Source of the DNA: Gemmatimonadota bacterium
GTDB taxonomy: Bacteria > Gemmatimonadota > Gemmatimonadetes > Gemmatimonadales > GWC2-71-9
Reading direction: 5' to 3'
DNA: 64,000 bases
Assembly (NCBI GenBank): GCA_039589615.1
Contig: JBDHHA010000036.1
Span: 421-64,420, forward strand
This document shows, piece by piece, positions 61,774-64,000 of this stretch. A program made the position numbers and the translations under genes. Numbering within the stretch: position 1 is the stretch's first letter; every line of letters starts with the position of its first letter. Below the pieces are notes generated by a model that searched no databases, was not told the DNA's origin, and saw only the letters and a program-made list of their open reading frames with translations.

Positions 61774-62292
61774 CTATAGGGTCGGCGCGCTCGGCTCGGC
61801 CAGTCCCGCACTGCGAGGATCGGGCGTCCAGCGGGGCAAGCGACTGCGCCGCAAGGCCATCTCGCTCTCGTGCCCCCGTTCGGGCTCGGCATCCGGCTTC
61901 CCCGCCGTGAGCTTGATTTCCTCGATGATCTCATACAGGCGCAATTCGATGGCTTCGATCTCCGCGTCGGCAGCCTCCCGATCGCGGAAACCACGATCGA
62001 CGTCCATCACGGTCCAATTGAGCCGGCTGATTTCCCGGAGCAACTCCCGGGTCCACCGCCGGAGGCGACTGAAGCGCCGCCGGGGCTGCTCGGCGAGGAC
62101 CGCATCTCCACTGGGAAACCGGCGCGCGGCGTAGAACAGCGGCCAGGCAATCAGAGCCAGCAGCAGCATCCCGGCTCGGAGTCGAAACGCCGGATCGGTA
62201 CCGAAGAACAGTACCACCGCCTCCCCCACCACGCCGAAGAGCATGATGGCGGCGATGGTCCATACCTGCACTCTCTGTCCCGAAGGAGCCAT
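61774..62292 (-). CDS. hypothetical two-TM membrane protein with charged coiled-coil tail
   Basis: VWTIAAIMLFGVVGEAVVLFFG and MLLLALIAWPLFYAA, followed by REAADAEIEAIELRLYEIIEEIKL. The start at the internal ATG 62292 is inferred. Confidence 0.5.
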   Translation of the reverse strand: MAPSGQRVQVWTIAAIMLFGVVGEAVVLFFGTDPAFRLRAGMLLLALIAWPLFYAARRFPSGDAVLAEQPRRRFSRLRRWTRELLREISRLNWTVMDVDRGFRDREAADAEIEAIELRLYEIIEEIKLTAGKPDAEPERGHESEMALRRSRLPRWTPDPRSAGLAEPSAPTL

Positions 62293-62392
62293 AGTAAACC
62301 TGCAAGTCCCTTGCTCGGTGAAACTTATGAGTTGCCGGCGGCCGGCGTCGTGTCGCTCGTCACACTCCCTTTGCGGGTTTTGGCCAGGCACT

Positions 62393-62437
62393 GTGACCCA
62401 GATCACCAAGTGCCTTTTGGGACGTGACCCACGTCAC
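62393..62437. promoter_or_regulatory. two copies of GTGACCCA-NN-TCAC spaced 31 bp
   Basis: GTGACCCAGATCAC (62393-62406) and GTGACCCACGTCAC (62424-62437). The second lies within the 7-bp perfect inverted repeat ACGTGAC-CCAC-GTCACGT. Confidence 0.4.
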
Positions 62438-62447
62438 GTTCGGTGGG

Positions 62448-63197
62448 CTACTGCTCCAGCTGGCGTCTGACCTCCGCGGCTCGTCTGCGAGTGACGTGAA
62501 TCGGAGTGCCGTCCTTCAAGGTCAACGTCGCGGAGCCGTCCCCATTACTGGTGATGCGATCAATCCGCGAAACGTTCACCAACTCGGACCGGTTCGGCCG
62601 GGTGAAGGCTCCTCCCAGGCGGTGTTCCAGGTCGGCCAGGGTGTAGTCGGTGACGTATTCGCCGCTCTCGGTTCGGGCCCGGACCGTCCCCTGTTCCGCC
62701 CGAAAGAGGGTGATGTCGTCGTAGGCCATGAGACGGTGGCCATCCTGATCGCGAACCAGCACCCGGGAGGGGGCGCCACCGGCCGCCCGGTACGACGAGC
62801 GGAGCTGGTGCAGTACGTCTTGGGACAGCCCGCGAGTCTTGGCGCCCTCCATGCGCTCCCGGGCGCGGTCCAGAGCGCGCTGGAGCTTGGGCAGCGTCAC
62901 GGGCTTGACGAGATAGTCGATCGCTTGGTGCTCGAACGCTTCGAGGGCGTACTCATGAAACGCCGTCTGGAACACGATGAGTGGTTTCGGCTCCTCCAGG
63001 TGCTGCGCCACATCGAATCCGTCGACCTCCGGCATGGTGATGTCGAGCAGCATCACGTCGGGCCGGCGCTCCCGCGCCAGCTTCAACGCTTCCAGTCCGT
63101 TGGCGGCTTCGCCCACCAGTTCCACGTCGAGTTCCGACAACATGATCGACAGGCGGCGGAGCGCCGCACTCTCGTCGTCGACAATCAGCACCCGCAT
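62448..63197 (-). CDS. LytTR-family two-component response regulator
   Basis: Receiver domain MRVLIVDDE...DVMLLDITMPEVDG. The C-terminal LytTR domain has FTRPNRSELVNVSRIDRI. Confidence 0.9.
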   Translation of the reverse strand: MRVLIVDDESAALRRLSIMLSELDVELVGEAANGLEALKLARERRPDVMLLDITMPEVDGFDVAQHLEEPKPLIVFQTAFHEYALEAFEHQAIDYLVKPVTLPKLQRALDRARERMEGAKTRGLSQDVLHQLRSSYRAAGGAPSRVLVRDQDGHRLMAYDDITLFRAEQGTVRARTESGEYVTDYTLADLEHRLGGAFTRPNRSELVNVSRIDRITSNGDGSATLTLKDGTPIHVTRRRAAEVRRQLEQ

Positions 63198-63198
63198 C

Positions 63199-64000
63199 TC
63201 AGATTGGCCCTTTCCCGTTCGTGGGAATGCGGACCGTGACGCTGGCACCCGTCGCTTCTCGGTCCACATGGAGCTTTGATTCGCCTCCGTAGAGTGCCTC
63301 CAGGCGCTCCCGCAGGTTGCGGAGTCCGGTCCCTTCCCGGAAATGGGGAAGAAATCCCGCGCCGTCGTCCGCCACCTCGAGCAGCAGGGACCCTGCTTCG
63401 ATGGCCGACCGAATGGTGAGCGTCCCGCCTTGTAGCTGTCCCCCGATGCCGTGTTTCAGTGAGTTCTCGACGAGAGGCTGCAGCGTCATGGGAGGGATCT
63501 TGAGGGCGCGGGTGCTTGGATCAATGGACCACTCCACCGTCAGTCGATCGCCGAACCGCTCCTTTTCCACCGAGAGGTACGCCTCGAGATAATCCACCTC
63601 GTCATCGAGTGTGGCCAAGGTGCGGCGGGACCTTTCGAGCGTGCGCCGGAGGACCTGGGCGAGGTTCCCCACCGTTTCCTCGGCGGCGGGCGGGTTCGTC
63701 CGCACGAGGGCCGCCACGGTATTGAGCGCGTTGAACAAGAAATGCGGATTGAGCTGGGCCTGGAGCGCCGATAGCTGAGCCCGGGTGGCGTGGTCTTGTG
63801 CTTCGGTGGCCACCTCGGCCTGCTCCCGGGCGTAGCGATGGAGAAACCGCATCGTGTCACTGACGGTGCGCACGGCCATGATGACGAATGCCGCATACAT
63901 CAATACCGGCAGCAGGAGCAACGGGGACCCGGGGATCGACGGCAGCAGTATACCCGTGGCGACCGCCAGGAGGCATCCCGCCGAGACACTGATGACGGGC
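63199..64000 (-). CDS. LytS/YehU-type sensor histidine kinase (5' end outside window)
   Basis: His_kinase motif QLNPHFLFNALNTVAALV. HATPase_c (LQPLVENSLKHGI...DDGAGF). The frame stays open, with TM-like sequence, to the window edge. Confidence 0.85.
   Translation of the reverse strand, partial: PVISVSAGCLLAVATGILLPSIPGSPLLLLPVLMYAAFVIMAVRTVSDTMRFLHRYAREQAEVATEAQDHATRAQLSALQAQLNPHFLFNALNTVAALVRTNPPAAEETVGNLAQVLRRTLERSRRTLATLDDEVDYLEAYLSVEKERFGDRLTVEWSIDPSTRALKIPPMTLQPLVENSLKHGIGGQLQGGTLTIRSAIEAGSLLLEVADDGAGFLPHFREGTGLRNLRERLEALYGGESKLHVDREATGASVTVRIPTNGKGPI

Overview
Visibly GC-rich bacterial chromosomal segment. It is densely packed with about 55 protein genes (many 4-nt ATGA/GTGA start/stop overlaps) and one tmRNA. 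I could recognise no rRNA, tRNA, transposase, integrase, CRISPR array or prophage genes. All functional calls rest on motifs read by eye in the ORF track, not on any search.

The backbone is housekeeping: dus, ssrA, ppdK, purF, purC, purB, pssA, psd, truA, lexA, folB, folK, rlmN, aspS, phoH-pgpH-ybeY-2x CNNM/CorC-mgtE, recQ, and an acyl-CoA/B12 cluster (meaB, B12-binding subunit, carboxyltransferase, atuA, DUF4387, enoyl-CoA hydratase). Interleaved are many predicted exported proteins and lipoproteins: PD40 propellers, amidohydrolases, S1, S8 and HtrA peptidases, FG-GAP, DUF5916, CAP and DUF4139. This content is reminiscent of Gemmatimonadota/Acidobacteriota-type soil bacteria, but that is inference only.

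Items most worth a second look:
- A tightly linked HEAT-repeat / HD-GYP / multi-TM-GAF-MCP three-gene module (21.5-27 kb), in which the first two proteins share an N-terminal module.
- A lexA lacking about 22-25 residues of its DNA-binding domain, with a direct-repeat operator candidate inside its promoter.
- Two distant divergent intergenic regions sharing a near-identical 18-bp AT-rich palindrome.
- A FolK-YqeK-like HD fusion.
- A TPPII-like S8 lipoprotein translationally coupled into the acyl-CoA operon.
- A frameshifted DUF5916 gene.
- A 3x tandem ~30-bp repeat upstream of the DUF4139 gene.
- A plus-strand intrinsic terminator with no plus-strand gene in a ~480-bp gap (candidate sRNA), next to a LytS/LytTR cluster with paired operator-like repeats.
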